From Macrostomum hystrix (taxonomy: Eukaryota; Animalia; Platyhelminthes): a DNA stretch of 64,000 nt. Positions 57,001 to 64,000 of this stretch are shown here, in pieces. The stretch is from the NCBI GenBank assembly GCA_950097015.1, contig CATNEN010000039.1, forward strand, positions 9,362,001 to 9,426,000. Reading direction: 5' to 3'. Positions within the stretch are counted from its first letter, which is position 1; each line of letters starts with the position of its first letter. Under the pieces are notes generated by a model. The model saw only the letters and a list, made by a program, of their open reading frames with translations, ran no database searches and was not told the origin of the DNA. The translations under genes were made by a program, and so were the position numbers.

Positions 57001-59730
57001 TCTGGTCTAGAAATTCCGCTCCCAAGCGTCTAGAAATATCCATCAGGGTGGCTCGGATGCGCTTAGACGAGGCGAAATGGGCGGCGGCTGCCGCTGCCGC
57101 TTCCGTCTGATGCTGCAGACAGCTGGCCAGATTGAGATGGGCGGCCCAGCGATCCTCTAGACGGCGCAGGCAGGCTTCGGCCGGATGAGAGGCCCCGGTT
57201 GAAGATGAAACGTGGGCGGCGTATCGGCGAATCAGGCGAGCACCGGACGAGACAACAGTGGCAAATCGGGCCTCGCGAGCTTCCAGATCGGACACGGTGG
57301 ACTGTGGGAACAATTTTGTTAACGATATTTTTAGCATCGTCAAGGAAGCGCTAATTTGGTGTAGCGATGCCTAAAGAAAATGAAAGTGTGCTCACCTGAA
57401 GTCTCTGCTGGCAACCCTGCAAAGGTTAGAAAATAAGAAGGTGGAGATTTGTCAACATATAAATTCGCTATGCAATTGGGTCTTTTAAGCTAGTTCTATA
57501 TACTAAATTCTTAGTTTCGTAGCCACAAAGAGAAGGCTTGGGGGACAAGCCCTCAAGGCACAGATCTCTTAAATAACTCACCCTTAGATAGGCCTCAACC
57601 TCGGCAATCTCGGTTAGCGGCTGTTTCGTTCTCTGCAGCCGCAGCACGCTGGCCTCGCGCTCATTTAGCCAGCTAAGAAGCGATTCAGCGGCTTCAGCAA
57701 AGGCAAGCCAAGCTTCCAGATGCCGCAGACGTCGCTGACTAGCTGAGGTCAAATCAGTGCAGGCGGCCTCCAATTCGTTCAACAGGGCGGCGTACGTAGC
57801 CCGGTCCGATTCCGGCAGGCCATCGCCGATCGCTCCGCAGGCGGCCGCTTCGGCTACGGTTTCATTTGCCGAACGGCAGAACTCTTGTTGCCAGGCAACG
57901 CGACGACGCAGATCGTCCAGATCGAAGACACAGTCCGCCGAGGAGGATGCGCATGCGGCCGCAGATAACGTTGTGGCGTCGGCGCGGTCAAGCTGATCGC
58001 GTCGCTCTCTGACGCGACCCATGCAACGACGAATTGGCGAGAACGCTGGCGAATCTGAAAACGCCCGACTGACGCTGGTTACGTCGTCATAGTGCGCTCG
58101 ACTACGACTACCAATCGGCCGGTGCTGCTGATGATGATCAACGATGGTGTGCTGATGCTGTCGCCGAAGTAGACGAATCCTGGGCGCCAGATTGTCAATG
58201 AGTCGGTGCAGCTCCAGGTAGGCCAGGTGCGCGGTGCACAGCGAATGATAGAGCTGCTCGGCCCGGCCGTAGCGCTCATCGCGGAGTCGCTGAATCCTTT
58301 CAAACAGACGATTCACAGCGTCGCCAGACTCGGCAACGCCAACAGCCAGACGCTCCATGGCAGCTTCGGCGTCCAAAGCGTCGAGACTGTTGCCGGCACG
58401 AGAGCAGGAGGACAGGCTAGCCCGGAGGCGACGCTCGGAGTCGGCCAGATCGGCTAGGCGAGCTTCGAGAGCTGCAGTATCGGCTCTTGCAGCTTCGGCC
58501 AGCCGGTGAAGCCGTTCCAGTCTCTGCCGATGCAGCTGGGCCGATCGGCACCGGTCGCGAGACAGAGCGAGGCAACGATCGGCCAGCCGTCTAAGGTGAT
58601 CCGGCTGAAGTGTGGGCTCTAGCTGCTGATGCTGATGTGTGAGCCGCCGATGCCGCTGATCGGAGGCGCCAGAGTTAGATAGCGACATCAGGCGGTCGTA
58701 GCGAAGACAAATATCTTGCAATTGTCCACTAATGCGATCTGTGATCTGCGTTGGTCAACAACAAAAAATGTCTAATTTTCCAGGCGCTAGTTTCTTTTAT
58801 GAATCCTAAAATTCTATTGCGACATTGTACTTGGTCACGCAAAGTGGAGTTTGCATCTCAGCCTAAATGAAGCTATTTATGTCCTTAAGCAAGACACTGA
58901 ATCCCTCATTGCCTCAGTTAAACCCAGATTAATATAATTAGCAAATCGAATTGAAGGCCAACCTCATTCAGCAACGCCTGCGCCGCCTCAGCATTCGTCC
59001 GCGCCTGCGTCAAGCCGGTAGGCGGATCTGCGCCGCCGCCGCCGGCAGCTTCGGAAGCCGCCCGCTGCAGCCAGGCTAGAAGCTCACCAGCTGCCGCTCG
59101 ATAGTCGGCTTCCTCTCGACGTGCAGCTTCTACGTCGCACTGACTGTCGTCATCGACTTTGGCGACCAGATTGTCCCGATCAGCAAAAGCGTCATACAAC
59201 GAGCTCAGATAAGTAATCAGAGATAGGTCGTCGGCGTGCGGCGTGTCAACATCTTCGGGCTCGAGAAGGCGAGCAACGCCAAGTTGACGCTCGTTTAAGT
59301 CGAAAGCGAGTCGCAGTCGTTCAGAGTTGGATAGTCGGTTGGATTGGTCTAAATCGATCAGGTCCGATCTGCGGTAGAGATTAATTCAGCTTGAGTTAAT
59401 GTTATGGAATGAATCATACCCATCTCTAGAATCATTCAGCAACCCTGACCAGCATAACGATTCTGATTGGCAGCAGTCCACTACCCCAGCCCGCACTCGC
59501 CTGTATCTGTGCACCAGACAGGCGAAGGCTCGTCCATCGCGCCAGCAGCTAGTGAAGTTGGTCACGGACAGTCCATAGGTTGACAGTTCAGCTCTGCACC
59601 AGGCTAATAGGAAATCGCGTACGGCACGGTTGTCGTCTGATTGCTGCTGCTGCTGATGATGATGCTGATGCTGATGAGGCTGAGTGGCTGTAGAGGCACC
59701 GGTGGCAAAGGCAGGAAGAACCTCCGAAAT
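1..59730 (-). CDS. MACF1/DST: Giant spectraplakin (Shot/VAB-10/MACF1/dystonin family), multi-exon, partial (3' end runs off the window; no CH1 exon seen)
   Basis: CH2 motifs (LLAWC..TNFTSCWRDGRAFACLVHRYR/SDLID..LGVARLLEPEDVD..SLITYLSSLYDAF), plakin helical region with SH3-like WLPAVCL, plectin repeats (DPRTGEQISLDEAVRRGLL) and many spectrin-repeat exons. 33 exons with GT/GC-AG boundaries and compatible phases, traced manually. Confidence 0.93.
110..1310. repeat. Intronic minisatellite, 35-bp unit (~34 copies)
   Basis: tgttgcaacctccgcctgacagtttctaatgggat; 525-bp higher-order duplication (191 vs 716). Confidence 0.95.
1582..2075 (-). mobile_element. SINE-like family 1 copy (body 1582-1690, head ~2035-2075) with a nested inverted-repeat element
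   Basis: Body near-identical to 17430-17545; ggtaatcgaacccccgacc is a reverse B-box. Confidence 0.6.
1802..2015. mobile_element. Inverted-repeat (MITE-like) element
   Basis: gcatcgtcgagatattca (~1809) and tgaatatctcgacgatgc (~1990) are reverse complements; the same motif occurs at ~62105-62145 and partially at ~17915. Confidence 0.6.
2144..2497 (-). CDS. Exon: spectrin repeat
   Basis: ttcgcag|GTG ... AAG|GTGAGA; LLALGEFGQALDHVLAWI...VGEPNVLEMEIAKHK (cf. MACF1 LL.LGQFQHALEEL..WL...GDPK.IE.ELAKH). Confidence 0.92.
2600..2872. repeat. Intronic minisatellite, ~20-bp unit
   Basis: ctatgagcgggatcattagg tandem copies. Confidence 0.9.
2883..3406 (-). CDS. Exon: spectrin repeats
   Basis: ctgctag|TT CGC ... 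CAG|GTGAGC; SDAFWRDV...LELAREFQEALRDFLARL. Confidence 0.87.
3750..4232. repeat. Intronic minisatellite, 30-bp unit
   Basis: ggtaatgaccaactagaagatcggaaagga tandem copies. Confidence 0.95.
4550..6825. repeat. Intronic G/T-rich heptamer satellite (GGGTTCA/GGGTTCT) with a 28-bp higher-order unit
   Basis: gggttca-gggttca-cggttct-gtgctct; 735-bp block duplication (5336 vs 6071). Confidence 0.95.
7023..7485 (-). CDS. Exon: spectrin repeats
   Basis: attgtcag|ACT ... GAA A|GTAAGT; EPVSAHPGKLREQLADN (cf. spectraplakin EP.SAHP.K..EQ..EN). Confidence 0.9.
8715..9379 (-). CDS. Exon: spectrin repeats
   Basis: actcag|GC GAG ... AAG|GTGGGC; LEQLEAWLVRAEAE. Confidence 0.86.
9450..9783. repeat. Intronic minisatellite, 36-bp unit (~9 copies)
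   Basis: ggcggaacagctgaagaatcggaggaaatggagagg. Confidence 0.95.
9793..10114 (-). CDS. Exon: spectrin repeat
   Basis: ttgcag|AAG ... TCA G|GTTTGT; LEQLERALPLAESF. Confidence 0.86.
10634..10966 (-). CDS. Exon: spectrin repeat
   Basis: aactcag|GTC ... GTG|GTAAAT; LCNDLSTWLCHTD. Confidence 0.83.
11070..11780. repeat. Intronic minisatellite, ~23-bp unit
   Basis: ctctcacctgtcaatcctaNNNt tandem copies. Confidence 0.93.
12067..12384 (-). CDS. Exon: spectrin repeat
   Basis: gattcag|GAC ... AAG|GTGAGC; FRAKYDPLLAAL...IARLIAEHK. Confidence 0.85.
12420..12555. repeat. Intronic minisatellite, 16-bp unit
   Basis: gaattaggaagctaag tandem copies. Confidence 0.88.
12601..13341 (-). CDS. Exon: spectrin repeats
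   Basis: gagcag|GAC ... CAG|GTTCGA; ALRSGRFADALKAWRDWLAECE (cf. spectraplakin ALL.SG.F.DAL..L..WL). Confidence 0.87.
13841..14152 (-). CDS. Exon: spectrin repeat
   Basis: ctcaccag|GCT ... AAG|GTAGGA. Confidence 0.8.
14165..14345. repeat. Intronic degenerate ~23-bp purine-rich repeat
   Basis: ggtgagggatgagagtgaatgaa-like units. Confidence 0.8.
14502..14898 (-). CDS. Exon: spectrin repeat
   Basis: aatcgcag|A CTC (phase 2, chosen to match the upstream donor) ... CTG|GTGAGA; HSRLQAWLGLEEAKL. Confidence 0.72.
14965..15680. repeat. Intronic minisatellite, 24-bp unit
   Basis: ctacaccttatctccactgtcatt tandem copies. Confidence 0.95.
15711..16233 (-). CDS. Exon: spectrin repeats
   Basis: ctctccag|GT CGA ... 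AAT AG|GTGAGA; DPATQFDLRTKLSGLERQL. Confidence 0.85.
16285..16926. repeat. Intronic minisatellite, 29-bp unit
   Basis: ttattgccccataaacacactgtcccagt tandem copies. Confidence 0.95.
16946..17273 (-). CDS. Exon: spectrin repeat
   Basis: gatccag|GTA ... GCT G|GTGAGC (phase 1). Confidence 0.83.
17428..18205 (-). mobile_element. SINE-like family 1 copy (body 17428-17575, tRNA-like head ~18140-18205, interrupted)
   Basis: Shares aaggctgcgtacggctgttcagtccatggactggggg with 1637-1675; head gggtatcgaacc...cgctctaaccactaggcta. Confidence 0.6.
18349..18935 (-). CDS. Exon: spectrin repeats
   Basis: cacacag|AG CTA ... CAG|GTTGGT; LSEIAQELDDLQSRYASIGDSL...WVTQKERMLAVLCPV. Confidence 0.87.
19345..20222. 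repeat. Intronic purine-rich minisatellite (15-16-bp units)
   Basis: gggagagatgagacag alternating with gagagataagataag. Confidence 0.93.
20554..20688 (-). CDS. Ser/Pro-rich linker exon, symmetric phase 1-1 (possible cassette)
   Basis: aattcag|TC CAG ... CAT G|GTAACT; 135 nt; RQSPLSPVSSSESSGICS. The exact acceptor is uncertain. Confidence 0.6.
20945..21600. repeat. Intronic minisatellite, ~30-bp unit
   Basis: gtagactctacctgaggatctggtagggta tandem copies. Confidence 0.93.
21696..22044 (-). CDS. Exon: spectrin repeat
   Basis: atgcag|GTG ... TCG C|GTAAGT (phase 1); EALDWLGRLEARL. Confidence 0.87.
22125..22260. repeat. Short intronic ~20-bp tandem repeat
   Basis: tctctaacgactcaaa-containing units. 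Confidence 0.8.
22475..23275 (-). CDS. Exon: spectrin repeats
   Basis: attctag|GGT ... GAG|GTGAGG; GLQEAIAGLQQWL...LLDEQAQQVKVLEAEL. Confidence 0.85.
23371..23562 (+). mobile_element. tRNA-headed SINE-like element, family 2
   Basis: Head ggtcagtggaagagctgttaac...gttcgattcc; body cgcccttgagggccaacctccaaggcacag...cctgatgatgagaaagtca recurs at ~7720-7880 and ~13630-13800; related pieces at ~52268-52340 and inverted at ~52480-52570. Confidence 0.65.
23592..24251 (-). CDS. Exon: spectrin repeats
   Basis: aacccag|ACG ... GGG|GTTTGT; 220 codons. Confidence 0.78.
24305..24725. repeat. Intronic minisatellite, 32-bp unit
   Basis: ccccatgccttatctaccgacatcttgcatca tandem copies. Confidence 0.95.
24787..25008 (-). 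CDS. Exon: spectrin repeat
   Basis: ttcaatag|GAC ... CAG|GTGCGC; DINNDLLSRQQPL...ARLRLL. Confidence 0.82.
25099..25245 (-). CDS. Exon: first spectrin repeat of the rod
   Basis: aatatag|GTT ... CAT CAG|GTAGAT; VDAKKYSEDLLADLDRELAKL...ARMLDEHQ. Confidence 0.78.
26067..39582 (-). CDS. Giant exon C (13.5 kb): 31 copies of a 137/139-aa acidic repeat; +1 frameshift at ~29330
   Basis: ttatacag|AAA ATG ... AGT CCG|GTAAGC; ORFs 29317-39579 and 26052-29522 join if one base at 29328-29332 is removed; phase 0-0. Confidence 0.82.
26370..39210 (-). repeat. Coding tandem array: 31 units of 411/417 bp (137/139 aa)
   Basis: 31 recurring marker ORFs from 26578 to 38951, spaced 411 or 417 bp (one 412); the 417 variant has an in-frame 6-bp insert (ADES to ADDKQS). 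Confidence 0.97.
39789..43754 (-). CDS. Giant exon B (4.0 kb): Ser/Glu-rich region with 60-aa repeats
   Basis: caatttag|CCC ... AAC CAG|GTTTGT; 1322 open codons, phase 0-0. Confidence 0.8.
40620..42270 (-). repeat. Coding tandem array: 9 near-identical 180-bp (60-aa) units with diverged flanking copies
   Basis: gcagccctagagtttgaagc recurs every 180 bp from 40741 to 42181; degenerate copies extend to about 40400 and 42830. Confidence 0.95.
44198..44280 (-). CDS. 83-nt exon restoring phase 0 after giant exon A
   Basis: aattttag|AA TTT GAG ... GAC ATG|GTGAGT; phase 1 to 0; EFESEAGPHVIRASDEYTVGGPASQLDM. Confidence 0.8.
44372..51747 (-). CDS. Giant exon A (7.4 kb): ~43 plectin-repeat-like 50-aa units; +1 frameshift at ~48187
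   Basis: tttgcag|ACT ... AAT G|GTAACC; ORFs 48106-51753 and 44298-48221 join if one base at 48186-48188 is removed. Confidence 0.85.
44465..49741 (-). repeat. Coding tandem array: ~17.5 units of 300 bp (dimer of two 50-aa plectin-like repeats)
   Basis: Sequence lines repeat almost exactly every 300 bp; 18 A-type monomers, 17 B-type plus a partial. Confidence 0.97.
50460..51635 (-). repeat. 8 older, diverged 150-bp (50-aa) plectin-like repeats
   Basis: KPKF.D...SLDP..GTVTDPRTGEE..IDEAL.K.LL.P.EAKKL repeated eight times with many synonymous differences. Confidence 0.9.
51853..52179 (-). CDS. Exon: plectin repeats
   Basis: caaacag|GTA ... GCG|GTGAGT; VYDAKSRLMLPPDEALNAGLID...DSATGDTSTLADAIAEGLV. 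Confidence 0.85.
52660..54435 (-). CDS. Exon: diverged plectin repeats and low-complexity linker
   Basis: aaaccag|GGT ... GAG|GTGCTT; LNPVTLESVTFEEAVKLGIVDPDQGVYVNHCTGRRISLRQAADDGLV. Confidence 0.85.
54531..55592 (-). CDS. Exon: end of plakin domain and first plectin repeats
   Basis: ttctgcag|AAA ... TCG|GTAAGA; VLDPCSGRLLTYAQASAGGLLD and GPDNGQKLTVAEADSAGIVD. Confidence 0.85.
55673..55907 (+). mobile_element. tRNA-headed SINE-like element, family 1
   Basis: A-box-like gctagtgg and B-box ggttcgattcc, then cacccagcagttaaatgggtacc...gggtgggtgtggcgtcc; the body recurs inverted at ~1582-1690 and ~17428-17575. Confidence 0.7.
55995..56753 (-). CDS. Exon: degenerate plakin SH3 plus helical repeats
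   Basis: tttacag|CTA ... AAG|GTACAT; MLCQW...WLPAVCL resembles the plakin SH3 ALCDY...VPSVCF. Confidence 0.8.
56906..57301 (-). CDS. Exon: plakin domain
   Basis: ttcccacag|TCC ... TCG|GTTAGT; HPAEACLRRLEDRWAAHLNLASCLQHQ resembles the plakin HPA...W..LL.L..C...H motif. Confidence 0.85.
57396..57416 (-). CDS. 21-nt microexon (GCQQRLQ) in the plakin domain
   Basis: cctttgcag|GGTTGCCAGCAGAGACTTCAG|gtgagc; phase 0-0, no stop. Confidence 0.7.
57582..58745 (-). CDS. Exon: plakin domain
   Basis: cgcag|ATC ... AGG|GTGAGT; 388 codons; helical repeats (RRLRHLEAWLAFAEAAESLLSWLNERE). Confidence 0.85.
58963..59368 (-). CDS. Exon: second half of CH2 and start of plakin domain
   Basis: ccgcag|A TCG GAC (phase 2); SDLIDLD...RLRLAFDLNERQLGVARLLEPEDVDTPHADDLSLITYLSSLYDAF; donor GAG|GTTGGC. 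Confidence 0.92.
59501..59730 (-). CDS. Exon: CH1-CH2 linker (poly-Q/H) and first half of CH2
   Basis: Acceptor ctcttag|ATTTCG; ISEV...QHQHHHQQQQQ...DFLLAWCRAELSTYGLSVTNFTSCWRDGRAFACLVHRYR; donor AG|GCGAGT. Missing from the ORF track. Confidence 0.92.
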
Positions 59731-59911
59731 CTAAGAGAGTGTTAGACATTGAATTATTTAAATTAAGTCAATCTAGCGACTAAAAATAAACAGGTTAAAC
59801 GTCAAGAGTAGAAAATAACAAATTATCACTGCCACCGAAAGTGCTACACCTGAAACCAGATTGCCTATAAATTCTGACATTATTATATTGGCTATAGACT
59901 CTAATGTCCAC

Positions 59912-60139
59912 CTCCTGAGTTGAAGCTCCGCATTTCTCTTCAACACTGACGCCATCAAGCCAGAGTCGCTGCGTGGACACCGCGGCAAGGCTATCTTCGC
60001 TACTTAATCCGGCCACGTGACTTCCAGCGGCAGCGGCGCTGCCTGCTCCGCTGTGCGGCTTCCATTTGTACTTTAGTCGCCAACCGCCTCCAATGAGCAG
60101 CCATCGGCGAGCGCCGCAGCAGCCGCTAAATGGAAACAT
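59912..60139 (-). CDS. Candidate alternative first coding exon (MFPFSGCCGARRW...), giving a CH1-less isoform
   Basis: ATG at 60139 with in-frame TGA 6 nt upstream; GC-rich like the other exons; phase-0 donor GAG|GTGGAC at 59911 (AAT|GTCAGA is an alternative) matches the phase-0 acceptor at 59730. Confidence 0.45.
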
Positions 60140-60615
60140 TGGTCAGCTGGACTAGCCAGCGCTACTGATTCGTCTGTCTTATTCTTGACAAAACAGCTCG
60201 TGCAGTGAGTGCAGCCGAAGCGTCTTTAATACGTAAGGGAACTCCGCCCTATTCTGTTAAGGAAATAAATGTATTTATAAGCCCGATTTCTCTTTCCATT
60301 CTTAACAGTCAGCACTCCACATTCCGCTTCCATTTTCTCCTCTAACTGCAGTCTGCACAATTCCCAAAGCCCCAATAACGAGTGGATCGTTTTAATTTAC
60401 AGGAAGTGTACTTTAATATATAACTTCGGTTATCCAATAATTTGATAATCTAATTTGAGTACATAAATACTTCCGGTGTGTCATTAGTAATGCCAGTTTT
60501 CACATTTTTAAGACCAAGACAAGTAGATAAAATTGGAAAAAATATTTATCTACTAGCACAGTTTGCTGCAGTTTGAATGACCCGTCGGCAGTGAGCATAT
60601 TGAAAGCATATCTAA

Positions 60616-60935
60616 CACAGAATATATATCGTCTAGATGTGTCCGTCACTCAAGCAAAATTCTTTCCGCCAATGATCCACGAAAACCCAGAGGTTTGGCC
60701 ATAGACACTTCTGCTGATTAACACTTCCCGATTACATACACTTGTATGTTCACAAAGGTTCTGCAAGCTGAATCAATATATAGTTTTAAAGTTTATAAAC
60801 CCGATAGCCTGGGTAAACAAATCGCGGAAAATTAGTCTAGGGCCAAAAGGATGGGTTTTCGTGGCAGCCAGCGAGCGGAAATTCTCGCAAGCTAAAACGG
60901 GGTGAGTGATACATCTAGAGGATATATAATCTGTG
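60616..60935. mobile_element. 320-bp MITE with terminal inverted repeats and a 6-bp target-site duplication
   Basis: Left end cacagaatatatatcgtctagatgt; right end acatctagaggatatataatctgtg; both flanked by atctaa (60610-60615 and 60936-60941). Confidence 0.85.
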
Positions 60936-63239
60936 ATCTAACGCTTTGTATGCATCAACTTGTCTGATTATTAACAACAGGGGCTGTAGGGCCATAGACA
61001 TCAGGGGCTGAGTGTTTATCTCACAACACTATATGCACTTTAAGATGTTGGCTTAGCTACCTGTCCAGAAAGATAAACTACGAGTATCAGTGACCTTATT
61101 CGGACTTTCGATACAACACAACCAGATAAGGATAACCTTCGTAAATTATAATGTTCGTTGCCAAACTGCATAAATATTGTTTTCGTTTTTCCGTAGCTTT
61201 TGTTAGGAGTAATATCTAAACGAAGCCAACAATGCCAACAATGCCAACAATGGCCATTAGGTGCAGCTGCCGCTTCTTTTTGCTTCTCTCCCTTTCTCTC
61301 TCTCTCGCGAAATCTCCAGTTAAAAAATTCTTCCTACTTATTTAAGAAGAAATAAAGAAAACGAATTCCAGAAAGGTTTTCTCGACACGACACACAAAAT
61401 TAGCCCTGACAGCTAACCATTACTTGGGCAGAGAGCAAATGAACAAACTCATGGCGCGTGTGAGTCCTTTTTTGTCGAGAAAAAAATAGAAAATTGTACA
61501 GCTCTCAGTTGTGTACACATAACTCGAGGCGTGTAAAAGATCTATTTTGCGAGAAAAATGCCTTTAACTATGCTAACGCAATAGCAAGGCTTTCGCATTT
61601 CAAGCCAGTATAAATGTAGGTGTGCGCATGTGCGAAAGCATTACTCATTTTTTAGATCAGAAAAACTCAAATAAACTAATTATCTCTCTCTGTGGCACAG
61701 GCATGCAGATATGTAAACTGACTCGTGACACGATTAAGCGACTAACTCGCTGTCAATCATTCTGACCGAGTTTTTTCTAATCGTTTTCGATATTAACCGT
61801 GTTAAACACTTTTAAAGACTATATTAAAACCAAACTAATACTTTCGAACAAGTGCTGGCTCTCTCAACTACTCGCACGGACTAGTCAGATAGGGAATTAT
61901 GAGGCATTACCAGGACACATAACACTGATAACTTCCAGTTCGTTCAACCGATCTATAACAGTAGAAATATCTCATGGGTATTTCAAATACGCCCGTTTTT
62001 CTTTTTTCTCTATCTTCCAAAATGTTTAACCAATCGCTATGAAAATCCAGAACACGGGCTAGATTTTTTCGGTCTATGCGATGAAACAACTTCCAGAATA
62101 ACAAAACATCGGCATCGTCGAGATATTCAACGATTCTCTGGTCGGGGTGTATGTTGCAAAAGCCATTAATTTGGGCAGACTTTTTCGGCTCACCAAAGTT
62201 CGTCATGTCGGCTATTGTTGTTGGTTATATTTTAATGATATTGTTTAGCTTGTATTATTACATTATTCTACAAATATGGCTTCGCCACATAGGTTCATGC
62301 AGGGCATCCTTGTCCCCACCGTCCACCGGAACAACCCTTTATTCAACTATTTAAAATTGCACCTTCGACTTAGTGGGGCGAGCTGAATTTGCAATAGCTC
62401 ACTTAAGGCTACCTTAAATGGTCTCGCTGGAGTTTCACTTTAACATTCGGGAGAAAGCGTTGCATCCCTTTAATCTCCTCCGAAGGAGGAGTTAAGGATA
62501 GTTTCTCGTTAAAAAAACAGTCAGCCTTAGATAGGAGTTAAGAGCCCAGTAACAAGAAGAAGAATGAGCTTTAACAGCACAAGAAAGCCTTAAAGCTGGC
62601 TGCAGTCATTTCACAATAACAAACTGAAATAGTTTTCTAGCAGCTAAAAGCCAAGTTTGAATAATAAAAAGGCTGGGCAATGAAATAAAGAATTTCGAAT
62701 GAATGAGAGTAATTAAGGCTCGGAGGTTGATTTATAATAGAGAAAATCTGCGAAGATTAGACCATCGAGAAAAAATATGCACCTGGCTGGTCCAAGCAGG
62801 TAGAGTCTTCTCATTTAGTAACTAGACTAGAAGAAGAGTAGAAAGATAGAAATTCTTCACGCTTCGTAGAGACTTAAATAGTATTTTGAAGACGCAGAAA
62901 AATAACTCGAGAATGAAAACTATTTTTCTAACTACCGAGTTCAGTCTCTGTGCTTAATATACCCCTGTTTGCAACTCATCGCACTACTTATGAGTAGTCA
63001 TAATGCACACGACAAAACGTTTAACGATAGTAAGACAAAAGACCGTTCGAATTTTTTTAACCTTTGCAAGAGTTTTACACTTAAGCAGCAGTTTTAAAGA
63101 TTGAAGTTAGGCAGCTATAACCATATTGAACAATATTATTGAATACGAGCATCTACTCGAAGCATCTACTTATATCTACTAACGCACAGAACTTATTAGA
63201 CTGAATTTTTTCTATAAAATAATGACTGAATACAGGCTA

Positions 63240-63527
63240 AGGGTCAAATACAGCCTCTCTAATGGCCAAATACAGTCTTTCAAATGACTGAACGCAGCCT
63301 ATCTAATGGCCAAATGTAGCCTTTCTAATGACCAAAGATAGTCTCTCTAATTAATAAATGCAGCCTATCTAATTGTCAAATAGAGTTTCTCAAATGGCTA
63401 AATCCAATCTCACTTAACACAGCCTCTCTAATGGCCAAATACAGTCTACCTAATGACCAAATGTAGCCACTCTAATGACCAAATACAGTCTCTCAACAGC
63501 CTTTCTAAAATACAGCCTCTCTAATCC
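63240..63527. repeat. Degenerate ~22-bp tandem repeat
   Basis: aaatacagcctctctaatggcc-like units. Confidence 0.75.
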
Positions 63528-64000
63528 TAAAATAAAGTTTCTCCAACATTCTCACTAGTAGGTGTGAGTGTAATAAAATAGATTTCAGAACTATCAGAAC
63601 TTTAAGAACTTTTCAGAACTCACAGCAAGTCGGTAACTGACAACTCTTGGAGACAATCTGACAATTCGTTTGACCGCCACTAGAAAGCAAGAGTACAAAA
63701 TAATGATTAAGAGACACGCTAGCAGCAGTGCACCGGGCCATAGCACATGTACTTCTCGCGTGAATGGACTCGACATTGGGACAGGAGCTATATTATAAGA
63801 AACTAATCCTGCGTGTCCGCTTCATTTTAGATCACCTCGATCTAACGGAAACTGAGTTTTCTTCCTGTTTTGAATCTCATCAATAATTAGCTCTAAATAT
63901 AAACTACGTATATTCATATATGAATGTATACGCTCGTATTTTATAAACAGCGACCGCCATTTGGCAAGCGGGAAAGGAAAGGATAATATAATCTGGGGCT

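Noticed and set aside
61799-62354. Short ORFs upstream of the gene (e.g. 61907-62206)
   Set aside because: Overlap dispersed repeat fragments also seen at ~10355-10460 and ~1980-2015; no CH1 or other recognisable protein similarity.
62466-62497. Short hairpin ttaatctcctccgaaggaggagttaa
   Set aside because: Isolated palindrome, probably a repeat remnant; nothing supports a terminator or ncRNA.

Overview
Eukaryotic (animal) genomic DNA. Almost the whole window is one minus-strand, intron-rich gene for a giant spectraplakin (Short stop / VAB-10 / MACF1 / dystonin family). I traced 33 exons by hand from 59730 down to the window edge at position 1. Splice phases are mutually compatible, and the exons total about 39.3 kb of CDS (about 13,100 aa inside the window). 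The gene continues beyond position 1, and no CH1 exon is visible here. Domain order: CH2 domain, plakin-type helical domain with a degenerate SH3, plectin repeats, a ~25 kb insert of giant exons, then a long spectrin-repeat rod. The insert holds three unrelated, highly homogeneous coding tandem arrays: a 300-bp/100-aa plectin-repeat dimer (~17.5 copies), a 180-bp/60-aa unit (9 near-identical copies) and a 411/417-bp, 137/139-aa acidic unit (31 copies). All three insert modules start and end in phase 0, so they could be skipped independently. Two single-base insertions break the frame inside the arrays, both where neighbouring units differ by one SNV, which points to consensus artefacts. Most rod-region introns carry their own private minisatellite, and there are tRNA-headed SINE-like elements and MITEs. 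GC-rich Ala/Arg-rich exons plus minisatellite-filled introns suggest a free-living flatworm such as Macrostomum (inference only). No prokaryotic features, CRISPR arrays or rRNA were seen.
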